From Candidatus Ratteibacteria bacterium (lineage in GTDB: Bacteria > Ratteibacteria > UBA8468 > B48-G9 > DTJG01), in NCBI GenBank assembly GCA_049971295.1, contig JBMFLH010000014.1:1-30577 (forward strand): 30,577 nucleotides of DNA. The letters are read 5' to 3'. Position numbers and translations under genes: made by a program. Below the pieces are notes generated by a model. The model saw nothing but the letters and a program-made list of their open reading frames with translations, had not been told where the DNA came from and did not search any database. This document shows, piece after piece, positions 9,774 through 18,720 of the stretch. How positions within the stretch are numbered: position 1 is the stretch's first letter; every line of letters begins with the position of its first letter.

Positions 9774-10706
9774 ATGTTCAGTAATGAATTTAAGAAAAGA
9801 ATTGAAAATTTTTCATCAAAAGACGAAATATTAGCATTCAATCTTGCTATGGTTTCAGAAGGGCTGGAGATTGTAAAAAATCTCAGTGATAAAAACATTG
9901 GCTGGGAGGAAGTAGAAAAGAGATTAGGAGAATACAAAAGCTGGGATCCTGACATTCTCAGAGTTGACAAGGATACAGAAAATACATATAGAAAACGGCT
10001 TGAAGAATGGGGAAAACCTGTAATATTGCTTTCAGAAGAGGCTGGAAGGGTTGAAATTAACACAGACAAAGCCGGCTGTCCCCTTTATGTGGTTTGCGAC
10101 CCATTTGATGGAAGCTATCTTTTCAAACACGGTATCAAGGACTTCTGGTATAGTTCACTGGCATTCTATGACAGTAATTTTAATCCTGTTTGTTGCTGCG
10201 TTGGGGATTGCGTCAGCGGAAAAATTGCATATGCATGGAAGGTCGGAGCGTATCTTGCAGACATTGAGCATGGTAAAATTTCAAAAGAGGTGAAACTGGA
10301 TAAAAAATACAGGCAATCAATGGGAAGGCCTGATGTTTTGGATATGGATGGAGCAAGCATTGAGTCATACGCAATGAAGCCAAAAAAGTTTCTAATTCCA
10401 CTTGTTGATAAGTACAGAGAATTTCTGCTTCCATTTAAGTTTTTCCTTCCAAACGGCGGTCCCTATGGATTTGTTGATGTCGCTGAAGGAAAGATTGATG
10501 TTTATTTTGCGATGAAACAACCATTTGTTGATGTCTTTTCAGGAATTTTCATAGCGCAGCAGGCAGAGGTGATTGTAACAGATTTTTGCGGAAATTCAGT
10601 CAGGTGCAGCGACAATGTAAAAACTGTCCTTGATGTAGTTGTGTCAACAAATGGTGCGTTGCACGAAAAAGTACTGAAGAAAATTGCAGAGTGCGAAAAT
10701 AGATAG
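9774..10706 (+). CDS. Inositol monophosphatase / FBPase (FIG) family protein
   Basis: LSEE, DPFDGS metal-binding motif, VAEGKID, DVFSGIFIAQQA..VTDF.G. SD CAGGAGG. Confidence 0.85.
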   Translation: MFSNEFKKRIENFSSKDEILAFNLAMVSEGLEIVKNLSDKNIGWEEVEKRLGEYKSWDPDILRVDKDTENTYRKRLEEWGKPVILLSEEAGRVEINTDKAGCPLYVVCDPFDGSYLFKHGIKDFWYSSLAFYDSNFNPVCCCVGDCVSGKIAYAWKVGAYLADIEHGKISKEVKLDKKYRQSMGRPDVLDMDGASIESYAMKPKKFLIPLVDKYREFLLPFKFFLPNGGPYGFVDVAEGKIDVYFAMKQPFVDVFSGIFIAQQAEVIVTDFCGNSVRCSDNVKTVLDVVVSTNGALHEKVLKKIAECENR

Positions 10707-10709
10707 GTT

Positions 10710-11678
10710 TTAGCGACCGACCTTCTTCAGAGATTTATTTTTATACATCTGTCTGTCAGCGTACTTTACTATTCTTGCCGGGGTATCGCCATCTTCAGGA
10801 TATCCGGCAATACCAGTACTCAGGGTAATTTTTGTATTTTTATCTATTTTTCTGTTGAGTTTTTCAATTGTATTTTCAAGCCGCTTTGCGCAAATCACTG
10901 CGCCTGCTTTCCCTGTTTCAGGAAGAAGTACAATAAATTCATCTCCACCGTATCTGTAAATCACATCGGATTTCCTTAAATTTTTTCGTATTTTTTCGGC
11001 AATGGTCTTCAAAAGATTGTCTCCCCTTTGGTGGCCAAAGGTATCATTGTATTTTTTGAAATTGTCTAAATCTATCACGATCATTGAAAATATTTTCTTA
11101 TATCTTTTACAGCGTTCTATCTCTTTTTTAATGTCCAGGGACAGGTTTATTCTATTGAAGCAACCGGTTAACTGGTCTCTAATGGAAAGTTCTTCAAGTC
11201 TTGAGTAAAGGAAGCTTCTTTCAATAATGGATGTCAGTTCTGATGAAACAAGCTTCACAAAATTTATATCATCCTCTGTAAATGCGTTTTGCTTCTTTGA
11301 ATCAATGTGTATGATACCAACAGTTTTTCCATTCTGTTTTATGGGAACACATAAAATAGATTTCATCAAACAGCCCGTAGGCATGCAATCTTTTAAGTCA
11401 GAATTTTCAACATCGTTGCTGATTAAGACGTTACTAGTTCTCATGATGTATCTAATTGGTTTCATTGAAGTGGAAAACTCAGGCATTGCTTTTGAAAAGC
11501 CGCTGCTTGCAACAACAGAAACATTACTGTTATCTATCAATAGTATTGCGCAGCCATCGCATTTGACAAGCGACCTTACTAATTCTGCGATCTTTTTGAA
11601 TACACGCTCTTTTTTCAGGTCTTTTGCTACCCTTCTATGAAGCGTTAGAAGCGCAGTAGTAATGTCCTTCTGGTCCAT
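10710..11678 (-). CDS. GAF-sensor diguanylate cyclase
   Basis: N-terminal GAF (SILCVPI, AFTEDD), DQLTG, DLDNFKKYND.FGH, intact RKSD I-site and GGDEF. Confidence 0.93.
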   Translation of the reverse strand: MDQKDITTALLTLHRRVAKDLKKERVFKKIAELVRSLVKCDGCAILLIDNSNVSVVASSGFSKAMPEFSTSMKPIRYIMRTSNVLISNDVENSDLKDCMPTGCLMKSILCVPIKQNGKTVGIIHIDSKKQNAFTEDDINFVKLVSSELTSIIERSFLYSRLEELSIRDQLTGCFNRINLSLDIKKEIERCKRYKKIFSMIVIDLDNFKKYNDTFGHQRGDNLLKTIAEKIRKNLRKSDVIYRYGGDEFIVLLPETGKAGAVICAKRLENTIEKLNRKIDKNTKITLSTGIAGYPEDGDTPARIVKYADRQMYKNKSLKKVGR

Positions 11679-11680
11679 TT

Positions 11681-13075
11681 TTAGAACTTGTATTCTGAAG
11701 TATATGTGACAACAACTTCTCCATCTGCTGGTATTATAACATTAAACTCAACTGTCTCAGAATCCTTTTTTTCATAAGGATGGCTTGCCTGAATGATAGA
11801 CCAATCCCCAAATTGCCTTTCAACAATTTTGGCGCTCACTGATTCTTTCTTGTGATTTCTCAATCGTATTTCATAAGTATCCCTAAAAATGTTAGCAGCA
11901 ATTTTCTTGTGGTCTGTGATTTTTCTTTCACCGACAATGTCAAAAGCATTGCCAAGCGAGAGTATGAGTTTTTCATCCTTTGGGGTATGGTCTATCATGT
12001 CCTCGCCGATAAACTGCATTGAGCCGTCTGTATCAGTTTTATACACCCTGATTTTTCCTTTTGGAAGAGGGATACCGAGACCATTTTTTTCAGTATTTTT
12101 CAATTCAATCTTTACTGCCACCTTTTTGTTGCACTGTTGTTTCTGCCAGTTTTCATAATAGTACCAGCGATAAAGTGCACCTTCATAAGTGTAGGTCTTC
12201 TCGATACTGATTTTTGGCGCTGAAAATAAACTGATTTGTTTTGTCTGATTGTTTTTCAGTGTGGTTTTTCTTCCAAGTGTATAAAGATGGTATTCAAAAA
12301 ATTCTTTTTCTTCGAATTGAGCGCCAGCAACAGATGCTTTTGCTTCCATCATAAAAGTTCTTGGTACTGGCTGTTCTGCGATTTTTCTGACGTCTCCAGC
12401 TATCAGTTTTAGTTCAGCGTTCTCGTAATCTGCGCCACTTCTATTGTCTATGGTCACCCATCCATTGAGTGAAATAAATTTGTCATCCTTTGAAACTGTT
12501 GCCACATAATCTGCCTGCCAGTTTAATCCACCAGTAATGTATCCGAGTTCAACTGTATCCTGAGTCGTCTTTGCACTTGATAAAGTCCAGACAAGGGTTG
12601 GTTTTGTAATCAAACCTTCTGGTAGCATTGGAAATTCTATGTCTCTGATATTTTCCCTTGTCAGCATATACACAGGTCCATTTTCCTGCTGCACGATGCA
12701 GATGTACTTTTCATCATAACTTGATAATAACCCTGAGTAAATATTATTATCCTTTGTCATCACCTTAATGTTTTTGTCAATGTATTTTTTCAGCAGTTTA
12801 TCCGCATTCATCAGGTCGTATTCAAAATTCTGTTCAAGTATCACACATCTGTCAGGTGCTGTAAGGGATTTAAAAGATACACTGGTTGGTTCTATCAGTG
12901 CTGCAATATCAGAGCACTTTACTGTGTTAAGTCCTTCTTTTAACTGAACTGTCCTGACATCGCGGACAAGCGCAAAATTTTGATTGTACACAGTCAGAGA
13001 TACCTGTTTTTTCTCCATCACCTGACCTGAAACAATTGTGGTAAGAATTATTGGTATGATAATGAACTTTTTCAT
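11681..13075 (-). CDS. Secreted DUF4139-family protein
   Basis: Signal peptide, LTVYNQNFALVRD, EQNFEYDL, Y.TGGLNWQADY, EYHLY, PLPKGKIRVY, GEDMIDHTP. SD AGGGAG. Confidence 0.8.
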   Translation of the reverse strand: MKKFIIIPIILTTIVSGQVMEKKQVSLTVYNQNFALVRDVRTVQLKEGLNTVKCSDIAALIEPTSVSFKSLTAPDRCVILEQNFEYDLMNADKLLKKYIDKNIKVMTKDNNIYSGLLSSYDEKYICIVQQENGPVYMLTRENIRDIEFPMLPEGLITKPTLVWTLSSAKTTQDTVELGYITGGLNWQADYVATVSKDDKFISLNGWVTIDNRSGADYENAELKLIAGDVRKIAEQPVPRTFMMEAKASVAGAQFEEKEFFEYHLYTLGRKTTLKNNQTKQISLFSAPKISIEKTYTYEGALYRWYYYENWQKQQCNKKVAVKIELKNTEKNGLGIPLPKGKIRVYKTDTDGSMQFIGEDMIDHTPKDEKLILSLGNAFDIVGERKITDHKKIAANIFRDTYEIRLRNHKKESVSAKIVERQFGDWSIIQASHPYEKKDSETVEFNVIIPADGEVVVTYTSEYKF

Positions 13076-13093
13076 CTGTCCTCCCTGCTGTTA

Positions 13094-13126
13094 TGGTATA
13101 ATAAACCTGTTACTATTTCCTGTCAA
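13094..13126. promoter_or_regulatory. Overlapping divergent sigma70-type promoters
   Basis: Plus strand: extended -10 TGgTATAAT at 13094-13102. Minus strand: TTGACA (13126-13121), 17 nt, TATTAT (13103-13098). Confidence 0.6.
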
Positions 13127-13160
13127 TTAAGGTAAAATTTTTATATACAGGGAGAAAAAC

Positions 13161-14096
13161 ATGGCAGACATTATTAAGTTGAATGAAGTACCTCGCAACG
13201 AAATTCCAGAAAGATTAAGAGTTGATTTCTATTTTGACTTCAAAAAATATCCATTCAGGCATCAGGACCTTTTTACGCGACAGGAGATCAATTCAGTGAT
13301 TTCAGTGCTGGATGCTATACATCCTTATGCGTGTGAGTGGATAAAAAAGGCAATTGATGAAAAGAAAAAAACATGTGCTTTGAAAGAATTGGGACCAGAG
13401 CATTTCAAAGGAAGATGCATTGGAGAGTTTATTGTTTATGTTGAAGATGGCGCTGTTTTTGAACCTGGTTTTATCAGAGGGTCATTGAAAAATAATAAGC
13501 ACATGTTGTTTGTTGGAAAGCAAACAGTACTGGCAGGAGCATACATATTTCTTGACGAAGGTGATATTTACATCGGCGAAAGCAATTCCATTGAGCCAGG
13601 CGCTGGTATCAAAGGGCCAACAATTGTTGGAAATAAAAACGAAATCAGACAGGGAGCATACTTCAGAGGAGATGTCATTATTGGCGACGGAGGAACATTC
13701 CGCGGCGAGATAAAAAATGGCGTGATGATGGATAAGGCAAACTTTCCGCATCCATCCTATGTGGGAGATAGCCTCTGTGGTTATGCCACTCATTTTGGCA
13801 ATCAGGGTACCACTGCAAATGTTGGCATTTACGCGGGAATTTTTGGAAAAAAGAATGTGGTGATTGAACTGGGTGAGAAAAAGTATGACATTGGAAGACC
13901 AAAAATAGGCATTATTCTCGGAGACTGGTCTCAACTTGGATGCAATTCAGTTTCTGACCCAGGGGTATTCGTGGGACCCAATACAATTTTTTATTCTCTT
14001 TGCAGAATCAGCAAGGGCTTTTACGGTCCAAATGAGGTGCTGAAAAATAAGCCGCTTGAACACGGCGTGATCGAAAGGTCTCCATTAAAAACCTAA
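13161..14096 (+). CDS. Left-handed beta-helix (hexapeptide) acetyltransferase, GlmU C-terminal-like
   Basis: Hexapeptide repeats (IEPGAGIKGPTIVG, IRQGAYFRG), HPSYVGDS, GNQGTTAN, KIGIILGD. SD AGGGAG. Confidence 0.8.
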   Translation: MADIIKLNEVPRNEIPERLRVDFYFDFKKYPFRHQDLFTRQEINSVISVLDAIHPYACEWIKKAIDEKKKTCALKELGPEHFKGRCIGEFIVYVEDGAVFEPGFIRGSLKNNKHMLFVGKQTVLAGAYIFLDEGDIYIGESNSIEPGAGIKGPTIVGNKNEIRQGAYFRGDVIIGDGGTFRGEIKNGVMMDKANFPHPSYVGDSLCGYATHFGNQGTTANVGIYAGIFGKKNVVIELGEKKYDIGRPKIGIILGDWSQLGCNSVSDPGVFVGPNTIFYSLCRISKGFYGPNEVLKNKPLEHGVIERSPLKT

Positions 14097-14959
14097 TTCT
14101 TTTTGTTTTTTGAGTTGATAAAAGTGGTAATTTCTTCGTAAGATAAAATCTTTCCTGACAAATATTGATTCATCAGCGCCAGTGTTTTTGACCTAATTCG
14201 CTGCAGTTCCTGTTCAGTAAATTCACACATATCCTGAGCATCTGGTAGGTCCTGTTGTTTCATTTTTTCAACAAGTACTTTATAATCTTGTGCACTTTTC
14301 ACCCTGAAAAATTTCACACCTGCCTTCCTTGCGTATTCAAGGTCCTTTCTTGAATTCCCAATAAACAGAACATCCTGATACGACTTATTTTTTATCTGCT
14401 TCAATATCACAGATTTATCAATATTCCCCTCTGGGTTGCTGCCCATAATCCCACAAAAAAGATTTCTGTCAAATTTATGATGTTCAAAGTCCTTTTCAAG
14501 AATGTCCTGAATAATGCCTGATGCGACATACAAATCATACTCCTTTGAGAGTTTTTTGATGAGAGTCTTTACTCCTTTCAAGGGCTTCCAGAATCTTTTT
14601 GCCGCTTCTTCATTAAGGCCAGAATAAAATTCGTTGTACCGTTGCTGCAATTTTTGATACTCGTTAACCAAGGATCCATCAATGCCAAGATGGTATGGGT
14701 CTGCCACTGCTTCTGGTATATCCCTGACGATTGAACTGACGATGGCTGACAATTGCTGAAAACGAGGTGCACCAGGATAATTGACCAGACCCTTCAACAT
14801 CTTTGACATATCCAGTTCAGGATGATCAGGATGAAGAAATTTTCTAAACCCGGTATCATAGCAGGCAACAAATGCAGAAAAAAGAATATGAATGGCTTTA
14901 TCCTGGCCGCTTCCGATCAGTGGGCCGTCAAAATCAAACACAATCGCCTTTTTTTTCAT
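14093..14959 (-). CDS. HAD-superfamily hydrolase
   Basis: Motif I FDFDGPL, motif II VASG, motif III K, variant motif IV GNSRKD. The ATG at 14959 gives MKKKAIVFD. Confidence 0.8.
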   Translation of the reverse strand: MKKKAIVFDFDGPLIGSGQDKAIHILFSAFVACYDTGFRKFLHPDHPELDMSKMLKGLVNYPGAPRFQQLSAIVSSIVRDIPEAVADPYHLGIDGSLVNEYQKLQQRYNEFYSGLNEEAAKRFWKPLKGVKTLIKKLSKEYDLYVASGIIQDILEKDFEHHKFDRNLFCGIMGSNPEGNIDKSVILKQIKNKSYQDVLFIGNSRKDLEYARKAGVKFFRVKSAQDYKVLVEKMKQQDLPDAQDMCEFTEQELQRIRSKTLALMNQYLSGKILSYEEITTFINSKNKKN

Positions 14960-14966
14960 AGCAATC

Positions 14967-14972
14967 ATTATA
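14967..14972 (-). promoter_or_regulatory. -10 box of a probable leaderless promoter for the HAD gene
   Basis: Perfect TATAAT, then 7 nt, then ATG; no SD. Confidence 0.5.
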
Positions 14973-15002
14973 CTACACAAACTTGATTTTGTTTTATATG
15001 AC

Positions 15003-15031
15003 TGGACAGCTGAAAAATTCTGGTGTATTAT
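15003..15031 (+). promoter_or_regulatory. sigma70-type promoter for the 15068 gene
   Basis: TGGACA, 17 nt, TATTAT. SD AAGGAGGT at 15053-15060. Confidence 0.55.
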
Positions 15032-15067
15032 CAGATTTTGTCAAGAAACGAAAAGGAGGTTGCAAAT

Positions 15068-17032
15068 ATGTTAAAACTGACGAAAAAAGAGAAGAAAATT
15101 ACTGTCGAAACAGGTTCTGGAAAATTGACATGGGACGCAGATAGGGGTGGTGAAATTGTGGAATTTTCCTGTAAGAATGAAAAAGAGACCCATAAATTGC
15201 TCTGCTGCCAGAACACCATTTGCGGACTGAAGTTCATCATCGACGGAAATAGTTATCAATTATCAGATACAGTGTCAAAATTGACTGTGGAATCAGTAGA
15301 AAACGATAGAATTGTAATAAAGAACGAGGCATCCATTGCAAAAGGACTGATAAAAATCACGCAAATATATCAGGTATTCGAAGAAGGCGCTGTTTTTTGC
15401 GAGCAATCTTTTGATGTGGAAGGAAATAACGGTTTTAACCTGAGCGAAATTTCCATGAACACGTTTCTGGATGTTTCAACTGTGAAATCTGCAAGATGGG
15501 GATATTTCACAAGACAACCATGGTACAAGAGGGACTATTCCACCACTCACGTTTTTTATGGTCTTGACCTTTACAAGCAACTTGATGAAATATCCTGCCA
15601 TAAAGAACTATGGCCGCTTGTTTCAATTGATCTTGGCTGGGAAAATACAAAGTTTTTCAGCAACAAAATAGAGTTTGTTCTTGATGAATGGAGCAGCTTC
15701 AATGATGCTGATACCCGATATACAATGAGTTATGGTGGAAGGCAGGGAGAAAAATGGACATTTCGATGGTATATCTTTCATGGCACCCAAATGCGGGTCT
15801 CAGAACCTGTTCGTTACAGGAACAAATGGGGAATGTTATTTTTAACATCCCGTACCCAGAGCGGCAAAAATGTGGACCCTGCTTATAGAAACAATGTCCT
15901 GGGATGCAGGGTTGCTCATTGTATGTATCCATATGCTCAGATTGGAAAGGACTGGCCCTGGGCATTGATGCCTATCAAACAGGTTGCCTGTCAGCCACCT
16001 CAACTATTTAAGGGTAATCCTGATATTAAAAGGGTTGATGAGGTCGCAGAGTTTGGCGCTAATGTTATGATTATTCATCAGTTCTGGATGAGAAATCCAG
16101 GCACGAATTGTGAACCACCTGCTGATTATATTGTGAAAGATCCTGAATGGTTCAAAGCATTTGTAGATAGGTGCCACGAACATGGAATGCGGGTTCTTAC
16201 TTACATCAGGGGTTGCGAACAGTATCAGATGTATCAGACCTGGTTTGAGGACTACATGAAAAAGGACTGGGATGGTTTTTATCCTGACTGGAACAGCCCA
16301 CACGCGATGGGTTTTACGAAAACAAGTTTGCTTCACTGGTCTGCATATGGTTATTTTATGTATCTAAAAGCCATGAGAAAAAGAGTTGGAACCTATGGTG
16401 CAATTATTGGTCATACAGGTTTTCCTTTTGCATTGAGCCAGAGTTGTATTGATGTTGCTCTATGCGGAGAACTATCCATCAGGCACGATGAACTTCTTGA
16501 GTTGCCCGAAAGTACTGCATATTATTCCTGCCTTGACTGTTCAGGTGCGCACCTGATTGCTGGTAATCTGAAAGACAGGGCAATGTTTTCAGGGGAAAAA
16601 GCTGCAGCAATATGCACTGCCTTTGGTATGACCGGACACCCTGTCTTGGAGCCAGGCGTTCCTTTTAAAAAGGCAGTTGCATACATAAAACCACTCTGGG
16701 ACGCAATGACCAGTATTAAAGGAAACTATGTGAAACTTCACAATCCTGCTTACTGTCCGACTAACGCAGTCCATTGTGACCAGTATTGGTTGTTTCCAAG
16801 TTTATGGCAGTCAGACCAGGGAAAGTGCCTTTTGCTTGTAACAAATCTTGCTGACAATGAAAAAATTAGTGGCAGAGTTGAAGTGGAAACTAAACAACTT
16901 GATGTTTCAAAATCAAAAATGTATGTATTGAACATCGCAGGTACCTGCCCACAATCAGTTGAGATAAAAGGAAGTACTCTCAGGATTAAAAACTTAGCAC
17001 CACTGAGTTTCCTTGCAGTAATTATAGAATAG
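15068..17032 (+). CDS. Hypothetical glycoside-hydrolase-like protein (beta-sandwich plus TIM barrel, loosely GH27/36-like)
   Basis: Strong SD before the ATG at 15068. Barrel-like motifs GANVMIIHQFW, FKAFVDRCHEHGMRVLTY, DGFYPDW; C-terminal LLLVTNL beta domain. Confidence 0.5.
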   Translation: MLKLTKKEKKITVETGSGKLTWDADRGGEIVEFSCKNEKETHKLLCCQNTICGLKFIIDGNSYQLSDTVSKLTVESVENDRIVIKNEASIAKGLIKITQIYQVFEEGAVFCEQSFDVEGNNGFNLSEISMNTFLDVSTVKSARWGYFTRQPWYKRDYSTTHVFYGLDLYKQLDEISCHKELWPLVSIDLGWENTKFFSNKIEFVLDEWSSFNDADTRYTMSYGGRQGEKWTFRWYIFHGTQMRVSEPVRYRNKWGMLFLTSRTQSGKNVDPAYRNNVLGCRVAHCMYPYAQIGKDWPWALMPIKQVACQPPQLFKGNPDIKRVDEVAEFGANVMIIHQFWMRNPGTNCEPPADYIVKDPEWFKAFVDRCHEHGMRVLTYIRGCEQYQMYQTWFEDYMKKDWDGFYPDWNSPHAMGFTKTSLLHWSAYGYFMYLKAMRKRVGTYGAIIGHTGFPFALSQSCIDVALCGELSIRHDELLELPESTAYYSCLDCSGAHLIAGNLKDRAMFSGEKAAAICTAFGMTGHPVLEPGVPFKKAVAYIKPLWDAMTSIKGNYVKLHNPAYCPTNAVHCDQYWLFPSLWQSDQGKCLLLVTNLADNEKISGRVEVETKQLDVSKSKMYVLNIAGTCPQSVEIKGSTLRIKNLAPLSFLAVIIE

Positions 17033-17095
17033 TAGTGTATTTTCATTTTAAGGCGGGTATCTTTACCTAAATTCCCTAACAATCTGTACGTCATT

Positions 17096-17123
17096 TTGAC
17101 ACATATCTTTATCGTGGTAGAAT
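17096..17123 (+). promoter_or_regulatory. serA promoter
   Basis: TTGACA (17096-17101), 16 nt, TAGAAT (17118-17123), with extended TG at 17115-17116. Confidence 0.65.
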
Positions 17124-17144
17124 AATATATCAAAGGATCGTGTT

Positions 17145-18719
17145 ATGAAAATTAAGGTTCTTTCAACTGATAATATTGAGAAGGAAGGTATTGAAATCCT
17201 CAAAAATGAGGGGTTTATTGTTGATGAACACGGAAAAATGAGTGAAGAAGAACTCCTCAAAGTGATTGAGGATTACGATGTTGTTGTTGTGAGAAGTGCC
17301 ACAAAAATTACGTCGCCTGTGATTGAGAAGGGCAAAAAACTCAAAATTATTGGTCGGGCTGGGGTCGGGCTTGATAATGTTGATGTTGAGTGTGCTACAA
17401 AGCACGGGATTATTGTAATGAATGCTCCAGAGGGAAATACTCTTTCTGCGGCTGAACACACTTTTGGGTTAATACTGGCTATGGCAAGAAAAATTCCTGC
17501 AGCGTGCAATAGTATAAAATCTGGCAAATGGGATAGAAAAAAGTTTATGGGGACTGAACTTTTTGGAAAAACACTTGGTATAATCGGGCTTGGAAGAATT
17601 GGCAGAAGGGTCGCTCATTACGCAAAGGCATTTGGAATGAATGTGTTAGGATACGACCCTTACGTGAACCAGGATGAGATGCAGCAGATGGGTATCAGTA
17701 TCGTGACCCTTGAAGGCATATGCAAACAGGCAGACATTATTACACTTCATCTGCCACTTACCAAGGAAACAGAAAATATTTTGAATGAGAACTGTTTTTC
17801 AATGATGAAAGATGGCGTGATGATTGTGAATGTGGCAAGAGGTGGGCTGTTTGACGAATCTGTTCTTGAAAAATACATCAAGAATGGAAAGGTTGCTGCT
17901 GTTGCTCTTGATGTGTTTGCTTGTGAACCACCGAATTGTACGGAATTGCTCAGATTAGAAAATGTGATAGCCACACCACATCTTGGCGCATCCACAAAGG
18001 AAGCACAGATTAATGTGGCACGGGACATATGCAGGCAGGTAGTTGATGCCCTTGTTCACAAAATTATAAGAAATGCGGTAAATGTTCCATCCATTGACAA
18101 GGAGGTTATATCAAGATTTGGAAGTTATCTGACCCTTGCTGAAAAAATGGGGTTATTCCTCGGTCAGATGGCAGATAAACTGCCTGAAAGTTTGACCATA
18201 GAGTATGCGGGAGAAATTATTGATTACGACACAGGCCCATTAAGAGCGTATTTTTTAAAAGGGTTTGCCAGCTACTTCCAGCCAGCAACCTATGTAAATG
18301 CTCCTTTGATTCTGAAAGAAAAGGGAGTGGGAGTTATTGAAAAGAAAAAAATGTCAGCTCAGCAGTATACAAATCTTATTACAACTGACGCAGTAATTGA
18401 CGGAAAAACAGTTTCTCTATCGGGCACAGTAGTTGCTTCAGAACCGAAAATTGTCAACATAGATGGATACCCTGTTGAAGCAACACCTGATGGAGCGCTG
18501 ATTGTGTGCAGGAATGACGATGTGCCTGGGATTGTGGGACATATTGGCACAATACTGGGCAAAAAAGGTGTGAATATTGCGTCCATGACGATGGGACGCA
18601 GGGTGAAATGTGGTCCAGCGATCACTGTCTTGAATTTGGACCAGGAAATAGATAATCAAACAATTAACGAAATCGGGAAATTTCCGGGAATAAGGTCAGT
18701 GCGATTGATAAGGTTATAA
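17145..18719 (+). CDS. serA: D-3-phosphoglycerate dehydrogenase (long form with ASB and ACT domains)
   Basis: VRSATK, GRAGVGLDNVD, GLGRIG, NVARG, EPP, TPHLGAST, and ACT motif NDDVPGIVG..NIASM. Confidence 0.96.
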   Translation: MKIKVLSTDNIEKEGIEILKNEGFIVDEHGKMSEEELLKVIEDYDVVVVRSATKITSPVIEKGKKLKIIGRAGVGLDNVDVECATKHGIIVMNAPEGNTLSAAEHTFGLILAMARKIPAACNSIKSGKWDRKKFMGTELFGKTLGIIGLGRIGRRVAHYAKAFGMNVLGYDPYVNQDEMQQMGISIVTLEGICKQADIITLHLPLTKETENILNENCFSMMKDGVMIVNVARGGLFDESVLEKYIKNGKVAAVALDVFACEPPNCTELLRLENVIATPHLGASTKEAQINVARDICRQVVDALVHKIIRNAVNVPSIDKEVISRFGSYLTLAEKMGLFLGQMADKLPESLTIEYAGEIIDYDTGPLRAYFLKGFASYFQPATYVNAPLILKEKGVGVIEKKKMSAQQYTNLITTDAVIDGKTVSLSGTVVASEPKIVNIDGYPVEATPDGALIVCRNDDVPGIVGHIGTILGKKGVNIASMTMGRRVKCGPAITVLNLDQEIDNQTINEIGKFPGIRSVRLIRL

Positions 18720-18720
18720 A

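Noticed and set aside
13081..13154. Inverted repeat CTCCCTG / CAGGGAG as an operator or mobile-element end
   Set aside because: Fully explained by the identical SD sequences of two divergent genes.
17033..17095. Terminator or riboswitch upstream of serA
   Set aside because: Only a weak GGGTA/TACCT pairing without a U-tract. The promoter lies about 20 nt from the ATG, leaving no room for a leader.
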